DNA of 21,551 nt from a candidate division WOR-3 bacterium (GCA_965649215.1 CBFGJZ010000027.1:1-21551); one strand, 5' to 3'. Positions 1 to 9,138 are shown, numbered from the stretch's first letter. Notes: generated by a model from the letters alone, not told the origin. Made by a program: numbers and translations.

Positions 1-306
1 GAAATCGGCGAATGGATGACAACAAAAGAGATTGACCGACCAGATATTTCAGTTAGTTCGCCGTCAGTTGGTAATGTTAGGATAAGATATATTCTACCTG
101 TGTTATCATCAATTAAGGTTGATATAGTTGATATGAATGGAAGAATCGTAAAAACGCTTTATCATGGTATGACGCAAGCAATTTCAGGATGGCTTGAGTG
201 GGATGGTGAAGATAATAATCATAGAAAAGTTAGTAATGGTATTTATTACGCTCGATTAGAGACTGATGATATTTCTATTGCCAAGAAATTTGTATTGGTT
301 AAATAA
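1..306 (+). CDS. C-terminal part of a secreted protein with FlgD Ig-like / T9SS-type-A-like C-terminal domain (5' truncated by the window)
   Basis: The frame is open from base 1. The protein has the typical CTD pattern 'IRYILP...VDIVDMNGRIVKTL...WDGEDNNHRKVSNGIYYARL...KKFVLVK*'. Confidence 0.8.
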   Translation, partial: EIGEWMTTKEIDRPDISVSSPSVGNVRIRYILPVLSSIKVDIVDMNGRIVKTLYHGMTQAISGWLEWDGEDNNHRKVSNGIYYARLETDDISIAKKFVLVK

Positions 307-327
307 GCAAGCATAAGTATTTTATTA

Positions 328-356
328 TTGACAAATTTCTGATTTCTAATTAATCT
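328..356 (+). promoter_or_regulatory. sigma70-type promoter for the GT4 gene, probably giving a leaderless mRNA
   Basis: TTGACA(328-333)-17 nt-TAATCT(351-356), then 6 nt to ATG at 363. No Shine-Dalgarno (SD). Confidence 0.65.
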
Positions 357-362
357 CAATTG

Positions 363-1550
363 ATGAAGGTCTTATATATTGCAACAGCATTTCCCCGTTT
401 TGAAGGCGATATTATCACTCCCTGGTTAGTTGAGGTTATACGAAGACTTAAAGCAAAAGGGCTTGATGTTGAAGTTTATACTTCATCATATAAAGGATTA
501 AGTGATCAAGAACTTTATGGTATAAAAATACATCGGTTTCGTTATTTTTTTAAACAATGGGAAAAATTGACACATGATGAAACTGCTGTCGATAGAGTTA
601 AGAAAGGACTCCTCAATAAATTACTGGTTTTGTTTTATATGCTGATGGGAACAGTGCAGATTATAAAATTAGCCCGCAAGCAAAAATACGATATTATTCA
701 CACGCACTGGCCTTTACCGCATGCGGTTTTTGGTCATGTTGCTTGTAAAATATCCCGAGCCAAACATATTTTATATTTCCACGGCGTAGAGTTGATGTGG
801 GTTAAGAACGAGGTTAAATTCTTAAAGCCATTTTTACGCTGGGCAATTAAACAAGCTGATGCAGTAATGTGTAATTCAAGTCATACTGCGGCACGGATCA
901 AAGAAATTTATAATCGAGATGTTCATATTATTCCTTCTGGACAGGCAGTTATGTCTAGTGCTAAAGCAGCAGAACCAATGAAACAAGTAAATAACCAAAA
1001 GCAGATTCTTTTTGTTGGTCGATTAGTGGAGCGAAAAGGTGTAAAATATTTGATTGAAGCATTCTCAAAGATTGTCAACAAAGTTGATGCAAGACTAAAT
1101 ATTATAGGTAGCGGACCGGAGATGGAAATGTTGCAAAAACTGACTCGTGAAAGAGGTATTGATACAAAGGTAAATTTTTTAGGGATGGTTAGTAGTAAAG
1201 ATTTGGATTATTATTATCGCAATGCAGACATTTTTGTATTACCTGCAGTAATTGATAGTAAAGGGGATACTGAAGGATTAGGAGTTGTTTTGATTGAAGC
1301 ATTGACATATAAATTACCTGTTATTGCAAGTAATGTGGGTGGTATTGTTGATATTATTAAAAATAATGAAACAGGTTTATTGGTTCCCGAGAAAGATATT
1401 GATGCATTATCAAGTGCTATGTTAAAATTGCTCACGGAAACTGATTTTGCTAACCAATTGGCTGAGAATGGATATCAATATGTTAATAAAATGTTTAATT
1501 GGGATTCCATAACCGACCAAATTATTAATCTGTTTAATAGTTTAAAATAA
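363..1550 (+). CDS. Glycosyltransferase family 4 (GT-B fold)
   Basis: Motifs 'DIIHTHW', 'ILFVGRLVERKG' and 'EGLGVVLIEAL...PVIASNVGGIVDII...TGLLVP'. ATG 363 is preferred over TTG 360. Confidence 0.93.
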   Translation: MKVLYIATAFPRFEGDIITPWLVEVIRRLKAKGLDVEVYTSSYKGLSDQELYGIKIHRFRYFFKQWEKLTHDETAVDRVKKGLLNKLLVLFYMLMGTVQIIKLARKQKYDIIHTHWPLPHAVFGHVACKISRAKHILYFHGVELMWVKNEVKFLKPFLRWAIKQADAVMCNSSHTAARIKEIYNRDVHIIPSGQAVMSSAKAAEPMKQVNNQKQILFVGRLVERKGVKYLIEAFSKIVNKVDARLNIIGSGPEMEMLQKLTRERGIDTKVNFLGMVSSKDLDYYYRNADIFVLPAVIDSKGDTEGLGVVLIEALTYKLPVIASNVGGIVDIIKNNETGLLVPEKDIDALSSAMLKLLTETDFANQLAENGYQYVNKMFNWDSITDQIINLFNSLK

Positions 1551-1655
1551 GAAATTAAAGAAATAATTATCATTAAAAAGTTATTTATTATTTTATTTTC
1601 AATAATATTAGAAGTAGAGGGATATAATTCAATAAACGTTTGTAGTGATTGGTCA

Positions 1656-2759
1656 TTGATTTTTTATAAAAGAATTATATCCCCGTTGCAGGGACAACAG
1701 ATTTGTAATTTTTCGCCAACATGTTCAGAGTTTGCTCGGCAAAGTATTAGAAAATATGGGTTAGTGCTTGGGACATTGATGACATCAGATCGTTTACAAA
1801 GATGTAATCCGTGGGCATGGACTTATTTAGATAAGTATTATTTCGGAATTGAAAATGATCGTATAAAAGATCCACCGTCAAACCATTATTTCAATATTAC
1901 TGATTTTTCATTTCCAGAACCCAAGGAACTTTATAATCCTATAAACAATCACAGCCAAATCTCAAAATCAGATTTAGATTTTGCTAATTATCTATATTCT
2001 AATCATGACTACGCAAGGGCGATTAGCGAATATAAAAAGCTTTACTTCAATACCCCTGATTCACTTTTAGAAAATAAAGAATACTATAGTCTAATGTTAG
2101 GGGAATGTTATTTAAAACTAAATGAATTAGATCAAGCACTCTATTATTTTAATTTTAGCGATCAAGATTTTTTTAAATATGGCCGAGCACGAACATTATT
2201 GCAAAATAGAGATTATGAAAGTGCTCGGAAATATCTAAATGATATTACTGATACTAATTTTGTTAAGCAAAAAATTATTTTAACTGCTTTAAGCTATTTT
2301 AAAGAAAATAAATTTCAAACCGCCACCTCGTATCTCAGTGAATATTATTTTTTAAATGACAATGATATTCGTGCCTTGTTAAAATATAATAGTAAGATAA
2401 TCGCAAAACGAAATCGTTCTCTTGCAACGTTATTATCTGCGATTATTCCTGGTAGCGGACAAATCTATGCAGGTCGTTTCGGCGACGGTATTTACTCTTT
2501 TCTCACTGTCATCGGGTCTGGACTCATTACAAAGTATTACCTAAAAAATGATGATAGTAAAATTAAGTTTGGAATTTTTTCGTTTTTAACATTATTTTTT
2601 TGGAGTGGTAATATTTATGGTGCGAACATCGCAGCTCGCGATTATAATAATTTTCAATTGTTAAAATATCAAAACGAAATTGATAATATAATTAATAAGA
2701 TTAATCTTGTTCCTAATTATAATCAAAAATATGAAAAATTATCGGGAGGGAAAGAGTGA
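1656..2759 (+). CDS. YidD-like (membrane protein insertion efficiency factor / haemolytic domain) fused to TPR repeats and a C-terminal TM2/DUF5683-like membrane segment; true start may be upstream (about 1572)
   Basis: N-terminal 'YKRIISP..CNFSPTCSEFARQSIRKYG...DRLQRCNP' is the YidD Cys pattern. The middle has TPR-like helices ('FANYLYSNHDYARAISEYKK', 'LGECYLKLNELDQALYYF'). The C-terminus has 'LATLLSAIIPGSGQIYAG' plus hydrophobic helices. Confidence 0.8.
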   Translation: MIFYKRIISPLQGQQICNFSPTCSEFARQSIRKYGLVLGTLMTSDRLQRCNPWAWTYLDKYYFGIENDRIKDPPSNHYFNITDFSFPEPKELYNPINNHSQISKSDLDFANYLYSNHDYARAISEYKKLYFNTPDSLLENKEYYSLMLGECYLKLNELDQALYYFNFSDQDFFKYGRARTLLQNRDYESARKYLNDITDTNFVKQKIILTALSYFKENKFQTATSYLSEYYFLNDNDIRALLKYNSKIIAKRNRSLATLLSAIIPGSGQIYAGRFGDGIYSFLTVIGSGLITKYYLKNDDSKIKFGIFSFLTLFFWSGNIYGANIAARDYNNFQLLKYQNEIDNIINKINLVPNYNQKYEKLSGGKE

Positions 2760-3145
2760 AAAATTTTTTCATTTTGGTTGTCTTTGTTTTTATAATCAGT
2801 GTTATTTATCTATATTCAAGAAGTAAAGATATTTTAAATATTTCTCGTAAAACTGATCAAGCAAGACGAGATGCGATTGTTGAAGTTTTCGAAAAACAAC
2901 TAACAACCTTAGAAGCTAATTTCTTTGAATTAAGTAAAAAAAATGATAAATTTACCGAAGAAGATAAAGTGCAGTATGAAAATTTACAAAAACGTATAGA
3001 TTTATTAAATGAGTTGCTCGATGAGTTAGAAGATACACACGATGAGATACGATGGAAGATATTAAGACAGAGATTTTTTGATAAATTACAAGACACCCAG
3101 AGAAATTATTTAAAATTAGCTTCTTCATTGAAAAAGCGAAAATAA
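2756..3145 (+). CDS. Hypothetical membrane-anchored coiled-coil protein
   Basis: GTG start overlaps the upstream TGA, with SD GGGAGGG at 2744-2750. N-terminal hydrophobic helix followed by charged heptad-like helices. Confidence 0.75.
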   Translation: MKNFFILVVFVFIISVIYLYSRSKDILNISRKTDQARRDAIVEVFEKQLTTLEANFFELSKKNDKFTEEDKVQYENLQKRIDLLNELLDELEDTHDEIRWKILRQRFFDKLQDTQRNYLKLASSLKKRK

Positions 3146-3153
3146 AACAGATA

Positions 3154-3957
3154 ATGTCTTGGTTACTGATCATTATTTCATTACAGATTTCATTAAATTA
3201 TGATAATATTCTATCTGTTGCTGAATCTCTTTATAGTAGTAAAGATTATTATAATGCCGCAACTGAATATGAACGATACCTGTTTTTCGTAACGAGTAAT
3301 GATTCAACAAGAGATCTAATCAATCTAAAATTAGCGCAATGTTATTTGAATGTTAATGACGTTAGTAAAGGCAAGTTAATTATTGAAAATATTATTAACA
3401 AACAAAGTATTTTTTCATACCAAGCACAAATATGTTTAGCAAAATATTATTTTTCTCAGAATGATTATTTTAGAGCTCGGATCGAATTAAATGATCTTTC
3501 ATATCGAATTGATAATGAAATTGATAAAAGAATAGTATATAAGATGTTAGGATTGATTGCACTATATGAGAAAGACATTAATAATGCGATATTTTATTTG
3601 AATTTAGCTCAGGATACTGTGTGGATAGAAAAAGTAAAGTTGATACAACAATTGCCTAAGAAAAATGTCTTATTTGCTATGGGATTATCAACAATAATCC
3701 CAGGATTGGGTGAAATGTATGTAGGTAAATATAAGTTAGGTCTGTGGGCATTTTTAGTGAATTCGGCCACTGTATACGGTACTATTCGGTGTTTTCAAAA
3801 GAAACAATATTTAGATGCGGCATTACTTTTTTCATTATTATTTATGAGATTTTATAATGGCTCAAGAAATAATGCTCAAGTATATGGTAATGAATATAAT
3901 GATATACTTTATCAACAAAAAATAAAAGAATTGCAAATTGATTTCTCTCTTAAATAA
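3154..3957 (+). CDS. TPR protein with C-terminal TM2/DUF5683-like membrane segment
   Basis: Hydrophobic N-terminus, TPR-like 'AESLYSSKDYYNAATEYERYLF' and 'LAQCYLNVND', and C-terminal 'AMGLSTIIPGLGEMYVG'. Resembles residues ~105-350 of the 1656 ORF. Confidence 0.8.
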   Translation: MSWLLIIISLQISLNYDNILSVAESLYSSKDYYNAATEYERYLFFVTSNDSTRDLINLKLAQCYLNVNDVSKGKLIIENIINKQSIFSYQAQICLAKYYFSQNDYFRARIELNDLSYRIDNEIDKRIVYKMLGLIALYEKDINNAIFYLNLAQDTVWIEKVKLIQQLPKKNVLFAMGLSTIIPGLGEMYVGKYKLGLWAFLVNSATVYGTIRCFQKKQYLDAALLFSLLFMRFYNGSRNNAQVYGNEYNDILYQQKIKELQIDFSLK

Positions 3958-3988
3958 GAATGATTTGAAATTTTTGAGCAAATGTAAA

Positions 3989-4993
3989 TTAAGCAGTTTT
4001 AACTTGATAACCAAGAGCACCAACCATTGTAATTGCTCTTACTGGACATACCTTAAAACATTCGCCGCAACCAACACATTTTCCTGTTAATACTTTATGT
4101 CGGCTATTCGGCATGCCTTCAATGGCTTTAAATTGACATACTTTTACACATTCACCACATCCAGTACAAGCTGGTGAGATCATGGCATAAGGCCGTGCTT
4201 TGGCACGATCCACGTACGAATCAGTTGGACATCGATGGACACAAATCCCGCAATCGGTGCATTTTGTAAAATCCATCACGGGTAAATTATTAACCATTGT
4301 TAAAGCTTGATAAGGACAAGCTCGAATACAGATATTACAAGCAAAGCAACCTACGGTACACACATCTTTAACTGCTTTACCTCTATCCTTAGAAACACAA
4401 GCCAAGTAAACTAATTTTGTCCGAGGAATTAATCTCAATACATTTTTAGGGCATTCTTTAACACAAATGCCGCAACCTGTGCATTTTTTTTCATTGATGA
4501 TTGGAAGATGATTCGAACCCATGGTAATTGCATGAAATGGACAAACTTTAGCACAGTGTCCCAATCCAACACAACCAAAAACACAACTCTTATTACCACC
4601 ATGCATAATATATGCTTGACGACAATCCGTACCGCCATCGTAAATAAATAGTTCACGACATTCGTCTTTACCTCCTCGACAGATCAAGACAGCAATTTGG
4701 GGTTCTGTTAATTGAACTTCTCGACCAGTTATCTGAGCTAATTTTTCACTTACTTCTTTACCACCGGGCAAACATTTATTTAGTGAAACATTTTCATTAA
4801 TAATTTTTTCAGCATAAATAGCACATCCCGCATAACCGCAAGCACCGCAATTCGAACCTGGCAAGATTGCTTTAATTTTATTTTCCATCTCACTTCCAGT
4901 AAGGGCAAATTTTTTATAGATGAAAACGAGAACAAGACCCAAAATTAGACCTAAACTACCCAATATTAATATCGATTTTATTAATTCAATCAT
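3989..4993 (-). CDS. rnfB: Rnf electron transport complex subunit B (long polyferredoxin form)
   Basis: N-terminal TM anchor, 'LPGSNCGACGYAGC', and six further ferredoxin-type CxxCxxCxxxC(P)-like motifs. Last gene of the rnf cluster. Confidence 0.95.
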   Translation of the reverse strand: MIELIKSILILGSLGLILGLVLVFIYKKFALTGSEMENKIKAILPGSNCGACGYAGCAIYAEKIINENVSLNKCLPGGKEVSEKLAQITGREVQLTEPQIAVLICRGGKDECRELFIYDGGTDCRQAYIMHGGNKSCVFGCVGLGHCAKVCPFHAITMGSNHLPIINEKKCTGCGICVKECPKNVLRLIPRTKLVYLACVSKDRGKAVKDVCTVGCFACNICIRACPYQALTMVNNLPVMDFTKCTDCGICVHRCPTDSYVDRAKARPYAMISPACTGCGECVKVCQFKAIEGMPNSRHKVLTGKCVGCGECFKVCPVRAITMVGALGYQVKTA

Positions 4994-5580
4994 AGTGATA
5001 AACCAAGAAAACCAATAAAACCTAAAAATGCTAATGCTACTAAAGATGCAGCAATAAAGACAATGGGATAGCCCTTAAACGAACGAGGAATAGGAGCAAA
5101 TTCGAGTCTTTCTCGAATTGCTGAAAACAAGATTATTACTAAAGCAAACCCCAATGCTGTTCCAAGAGCAAAAATTGTAGCATGAAATAAAGAATATTTA
5201 TAATTAATGACAAGAAAGGTGGTACCTAAAATCGCGCAATTGGTTGTAATTAAGGGTAAGTAAATACCCATTGCGGAATAGAGTGTTTTATAATTCTTTT
5301 TTAAAAACATCTCTAAAAATTGAACTAATGAAGCAATTACTAAAATAAATGCAGCTGTTCGTAAAAATACTAAATTTAATGGAAGTAATATAAAATAGAA
5401 TATTAACCAGGTTATCCAAGTAGATAAGAGCATAACGAATAATACTGCTGCGCTCATACCAAAAGCTGTGGTTAAATTAGTTGAGACTCCAAAGAATGGA
5501 CATAGTCCAATATAACGCATTAATAAAATGTTATTAACAATAAATGCAGCGATAAATATTAATAAAATATTATGTGCCAT
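4990..5580 (-). CDS. rnfA: Rnf complex subunit A
   Basis: 'NNILLMRYIGLCPFFGVS', 'GIYLPLITTNCAILG', 'IRERLE'. Confidence 0.96.
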   Translation of the reverse strand: MAHNILLIFIAAFIVNNILLMRYIGLCPFFGVSTNLTTAFGMSAAVLFVMLLSTWITWLIFYFILLPLNLVFLRTAAFILVIASLVQFLEMFLKKNYKTLYSAMGIYLPLITTNCAILGTTFLVINYKYSLFHATIFALGTALGFALVIILFSAIRERLEFAPIPRSFKGYPIVFIAASLVALAFLGFIGFLGLSL

Positions 5581-5581
5581 T

Positions 5582-6205
5582 TTATTCCTGCGTTTCTGTT
5601 TTTAGAATGAATTTATTCACAAATGCTTTAAGTAAACCAATCAATAAAAATGCGCCAGGCGGAAAGAGCATAAATAAAATTGGGTAATTGATTAAAAATC
5701 TTGGACCAATAGTAATACCAAAAATAGATGCAGTACTTAAATATTCACGAAATATTCCCATGATGACTAATACTAAAGTAAAACCAATTGCTTTACCGAA
5801 TGCATCAAGAATTGATTCAAATACAGAATGACGATAAGCAAATGCTTCCGCTCGTCCTAAAATTATGCAATTTACAACAATTAACGGTACAAACACTCCT
5901 AAAACACGATATAAACTTGGGACATATGCTTGCATCACATAATCAACAATCGTAACAAAGGTCGAGATAATCGTAATGAAAATTGGTATTCGCATCGTAT
6001 CCGGTATAAATTTTCTTACTAAAGAAACAACAATGTTGGAACAAATTAACACAAATGAGGTAGCGACACCCATTCCTAATGCATCTTTGGCAGTTGTAGA
6101 AGTCGCTAAAACCGGACATAAACCGATCATCAAAATTAGTATAGGATTTTCCAAAATAATACCGTTTATGAAATAATGCCAGAGTTTCTTTTTTTTATTA
6201 ATCAT
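5582..6205 (-). CDS. rnfE: Rnf complex subunit E
   Basis: 'ENPILILMIGLCPVLA', 'VPLIVVNCIILGRAEAFA', 'PPGAFL'. Confidence 0.96.
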   Translation of the reverse strand: MINKKKKLWHYFINGIILENPILILMIGLCPVLATSTTAKDALGMGVATSFVLICSNIVVSLVRKFIPDTMRIPIFITIISTFVTIVDYVMQAYVPSLYRVLGVFVPLIVVNCIILGRAEAFAYRHSVFESILDAFGKAIGFTLVLVIMGIFREYLSTASIFGITIGPRFLINYPILFMLFPPGAFLLIGLLKAFVNKFILKTETQE

Positions 6206-6761
6206 GAAGATTCAAACTTTCGTTTAAATTATGATTATAATTTAAGTAGTTTTGAAATTTTCTTATACCTTCCTTGATGCCATCGACAACGGCACGAGAA
6301 GAGATAGTTGCTGCAGTAATCGCTTGAATCGGACCGCCATCTTTGGTTAATTTTAGGTCTTTATACATTCGATTAGCAAATTGTTCTCGAAAGAAGTTTT
6401 CTCTGACCTTAAACCCTAAACCAGGAGTTTCCTTAAGACCTTCGGCTGCAGATGCAATATATATTTTTCTAATAACAGTATCGGATCCGAGAGCCACTAA
6501 AATAGGTATTGGGCCGGCATATCCTAAAGGTGCAATACGAAAGATAATGCCAATATTTTGAGCATTATTAAAACCTATCCAAAGAGTATCGTTGATTACT
6601 TCTTCGAAATACGATGCTTCCGGTAATAATTCATTCAGTCTTTTCATTACGTTTTCTTTTTGTTGTTTCTCAATTTGTACTTTAGTTATAGAATGGACAT
6701 AAGATAATAATGCAGCTGAGATAATGCATACGAGAAGCAAAGAAATAATCATTCGCATCAT
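6198..6761 (-). CDS. rnfG: Rnf complex subunit G (FMN-binding)
   Basis: N-terminal TM, 'GYAGPI', 'ETPGLG', FMNylation site 'AITAATISS'. Confidence 0.94.
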   Translation of the reverse strand: MMRMIISLLLVCIISAALLSYVHSITKVQIEKQQKENVMKRLNELLPEASYFEEVINDTLWIGFNNAQNIGIIFRIAPLGYAGPIPILVALGSDTVIRKIYIASAAEGLKETPGLGFKVRENFFREQFANRMYKDLKLTKDGGPIQAITAATISSRAVVDGIKEGIRKFQNYLNYNHNLNESLNLHD

Positions 6762-6766
6762 AGATC

Positions 6767-7768
6767 TTAATATTTTTTTGTCCCAAATACTGGTGGCCTC
6801 GTATAACGATCAATAAGGGGCGTAAAGATGTTCATAAAGAGGATTGAATATGAAACACCTTCTGGATATCCACCCCATAATCGAATTAACATTGTAATAA
6901 TACCACAGCCAATGCCAAATATCCATTGCCCTGTTGGCGTGACAGGTGAAGTAACATAATCGGTTGCCATATATAAGGCGCCAAGTATTAACCCACCGGA
7001 AAAAAGATGAAATAATGGCGATAATTTTGTAGGAAGAATTAATGATAATATAACGACAGTCATTAAATAAGCAACTGGGATTCGATAATTAATGATTTTT
7101 GTTAAGAGTAAATAAATGGCACCAATAATTAAAAGAATGGCGCTAGTTTCGCCAATACAACCACCACAATTACCTAGAAGTAAATTTTTAATAACCGACC
7201 ATGAATTAAGGTATTGAATGATTGTAAGATCATTTTGATATATTTTAGCCAAAGAAAGTGGTGTTGATTGTGTTATTGCGTCGTAACCCGCTAGATAACC
7301 TATTCGTGGTGCGACCCAGTTGGTTGTCATTAAATTTGGCCAAGAAACAACTAAAAAAGCCCTCGCTGCTAAAGCGGGATTAACAAAATTATAACCAAGC
7401 CCACCAAAAAATTGTTTGACAATAATGATCGCAAACGCACTCCCTAAAATTGGTATCCAAAATGGTATTTTAGGTGGTAAGTTAAAAGCAAGTAAAAGTC
7501 CGGTTATTACAGCACTTCCATCAAAAGCAGTGACTTTTCGTTTTAAAATAATCTGGGTTAGTGTTTCAAATAAAACAGCCGAAATAATAGCGACAATCGT
7601 AATAACAAAAGCACGATATCCAAAATAATAAAGAGAACCTAACCATGCGGGAACTAACGCTAAAACCACACTCCACATAATTTTGGAAATTGAAATTGAC
7701 GATCGAAGATGGGGCGACGCAGAAACATATAATTGTTTAACGCTTATTTGAGATGGATGCTGGTTCAT
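6767..7768 (-). CDS. rnfD: Rnf complex subunit D
   Basis: 'SPH', 'KQFFGGLGYNFVNPALAAR', 'DAITQSTPL', 'GCIGETS', 'MATDYVTSP', 'YPEGVSYSIL'. Confidence 0.96.
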   Translation of the reverse strand: MNQHPSQISVKQLYVSASPHLRSSISISKIMWSVVLALVPAWLGSLYYFGYRAFVITIVAIISAVLFETLTQIILKRKVTAFDGSAVITGLLLAFNLPPKIPFWIPILGSAFAIIIVKQFFGGLGYNFVNPALAARAFLVVSWPNLMTTNWVAPRIGYLAGYDAITQSTPLSLAKIYQNDLTIIQYLNSWSVIKNLLLGNCGGCIGETSAILLIIGAIYLLLTKIINYRIPVAYLMTVVILSLILPTKLSPLFHLFSGGLILGALYMATDYVTSPVTPTGQWIFGIGCGIITMLIRLWGGYPEGVSYSILFMNIFTPLIDRYTRPPVFGTKKY

Positions 7769-9096
7769 TAGGCTTCTCCCGACGTTTTGATTTCTCTCTT
7801 TGCGTAAATAAAAGAATGGACTAATTTTATTTTAGCAGGACATTCGTAAGCACAACATCCACATTCAATACAATCGAATAAATTATATTGTTTAGCTTTA
7901 AGAAAATCTTTTTTACGGATAAAATTATTAAGTTCACAAGGTAGGAGATTCATCGGACAAGCTTGAATACAACGACTACAACGAATACAAGGTCCTTCAG
8001 GTTCAATTCGACATTCTTTTTCAGTTAAAACTAAAATCCCAGATGTTCCCTTTATGGTAGGTAATTCATCGGTATATTGAGCAACGCCCATCATCGGACC
8101 ACCAAAAATTATTTTAGCGGGTTGTTCTATATAACCACCACAATACTTGATTAAATCACAAACTGGGGTTCCTAATCTGACCCATAAATTACGAGGTTCT
8201 TTAATAGCGGTCCCGGTGACAGTAACTATACGTTCAATTAATGGTTTATTATATTGGCATGCCTCATAAATTGCATAAACAGTACCAACATTATGAACAA
8301 CGACTCCGACATCAAAAGGTAGTTTTTGAGGTGGCACTTCTCGATTTAAAACTGCTTTTATTAATTGTTTTTCAGCTCCTTGAGGATATTTACTTTTTAA
8401 TTTTACAACGAAATAATTTTTATGTTGTAATATTGCATCAGTCATTATCAGAATAGCATCTGGTTTATTATCTTCAATAGCAATATAAACATTTTTTACT
8501 TGAAGAATTTTTTCGATAATTTCAATTCCTTTTACAATTTCAGCTGATTTTTCTAAAATTAATTGATGATCGGCAGTAATAAATGGTTCACATTCACAAC
8601 CATTAATAATTAAGGAATCGATTGGTTTTTGAGGTGGAGGGGATAATTTAACATGGGTTGGAAAAGCAGCACCGCCCATTCCAACAATACCTGCTTCCTG
8701 AATAATTTGTTTTAATTCATCTGCAGAGAAGTGTTCATAATCTCGCTTTTTAATACTATCTTCCCAGGTGTCTTGTCCGTCTGATTCAATTACGCAAGTC
8801 AAGGTACGAGTCGGTAGAACTGGGTGATCGATTTCATCAATACTAACGACTTGACCTGAGATAGAAGCATGCATCGGAACAGAAATATAACCTTCGGGTT
8901 CACCGATTTTTGTTCCGACTTTAACATAATCACCAACTTTAACAGTTGGTTTTATTTTAAGACCAGTATGCTGAATATATGGACGCCAGACTTTTTTAGG
9001 AATTGGTGCTTTTTCAATATATTTATGTGCTGATAACGATTTAAATTCGGGAGGATAAATACCACCTTTAAAACCATATACCTTAATTTTCTGCAT
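7768..9096 (-). CDS. rnfC: Rnf complex subunit C (NADH/FMN-binding, 2x[4Fe-4S])
   Basis: 'GIVGMGGAAFPTHVKL', 'NGCECEPFITAD', 'YPQGAEKQL', 'GGPMMG', 'CIRCSRCIQACP', 'CIECGCCAYECP'. Confidence 0.97.
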   Translation of the reverse strand: MQKIKVYGFKGGIYPPEFKSLSAHKYIEKAPIPKKVWRPYIQHTGLKIKPTVKVGDYVKVGTKIGEPEGYISVPMHASISGQVVSIDEIDHPVLPTRTLTCVIESDGQDTWEDSIKKRDYEHFSADELKQIIQEAGIVGMGGAAFPTHVKLSPPPQKPIDSLIINGCECEPFITADHQLILEKSAEIVKGIEIIEKILQVKNVYIAIEDNKPDAILIMTDAILQHKNYFVVKLKSKYPQGAEKQLIKAVLNREVPPQKLPFDVGVVVHNVGTVYAIYEACQYNKPLIERIVTVTGTAIKEPRNLWVRLGTPVCDLIKYCGGYIEQPAKIIFGGPMMGVAQYTDELPTIKGTSGILVLTEKECRIEPEGPCIRCSRCIQACPMNLLPCELNNFIRKKDFLKAKQYNLFDCIECGCCAYECPAKIKLVHSFIYAKREIKTSGEA

Positions 9097-9110
9097 ATCT
9101 TAATGTAATA

Positions 9111-9138
9111 ATTCTATTAGAATTACATAGGTTGTCAA
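9111..9138 (-). promoter_or_regulatory. sigma70-type promoter for the rnf operon
   Basis: Minus strand TTGACA(9138-9133)-16 nt-TAGAAT(9116-9111), 14 nt before the rnfC ATG. Confidence 0.6.

Noticed and set aside
6290..7285. FMNylation motifs lacking the canonical SGAT (RnfG TAAT, RnfD TQST)
   Set aside because: The acceptor Thr is kept and such variants are common in Rnf subunits, so this is not evidence of inactivation.
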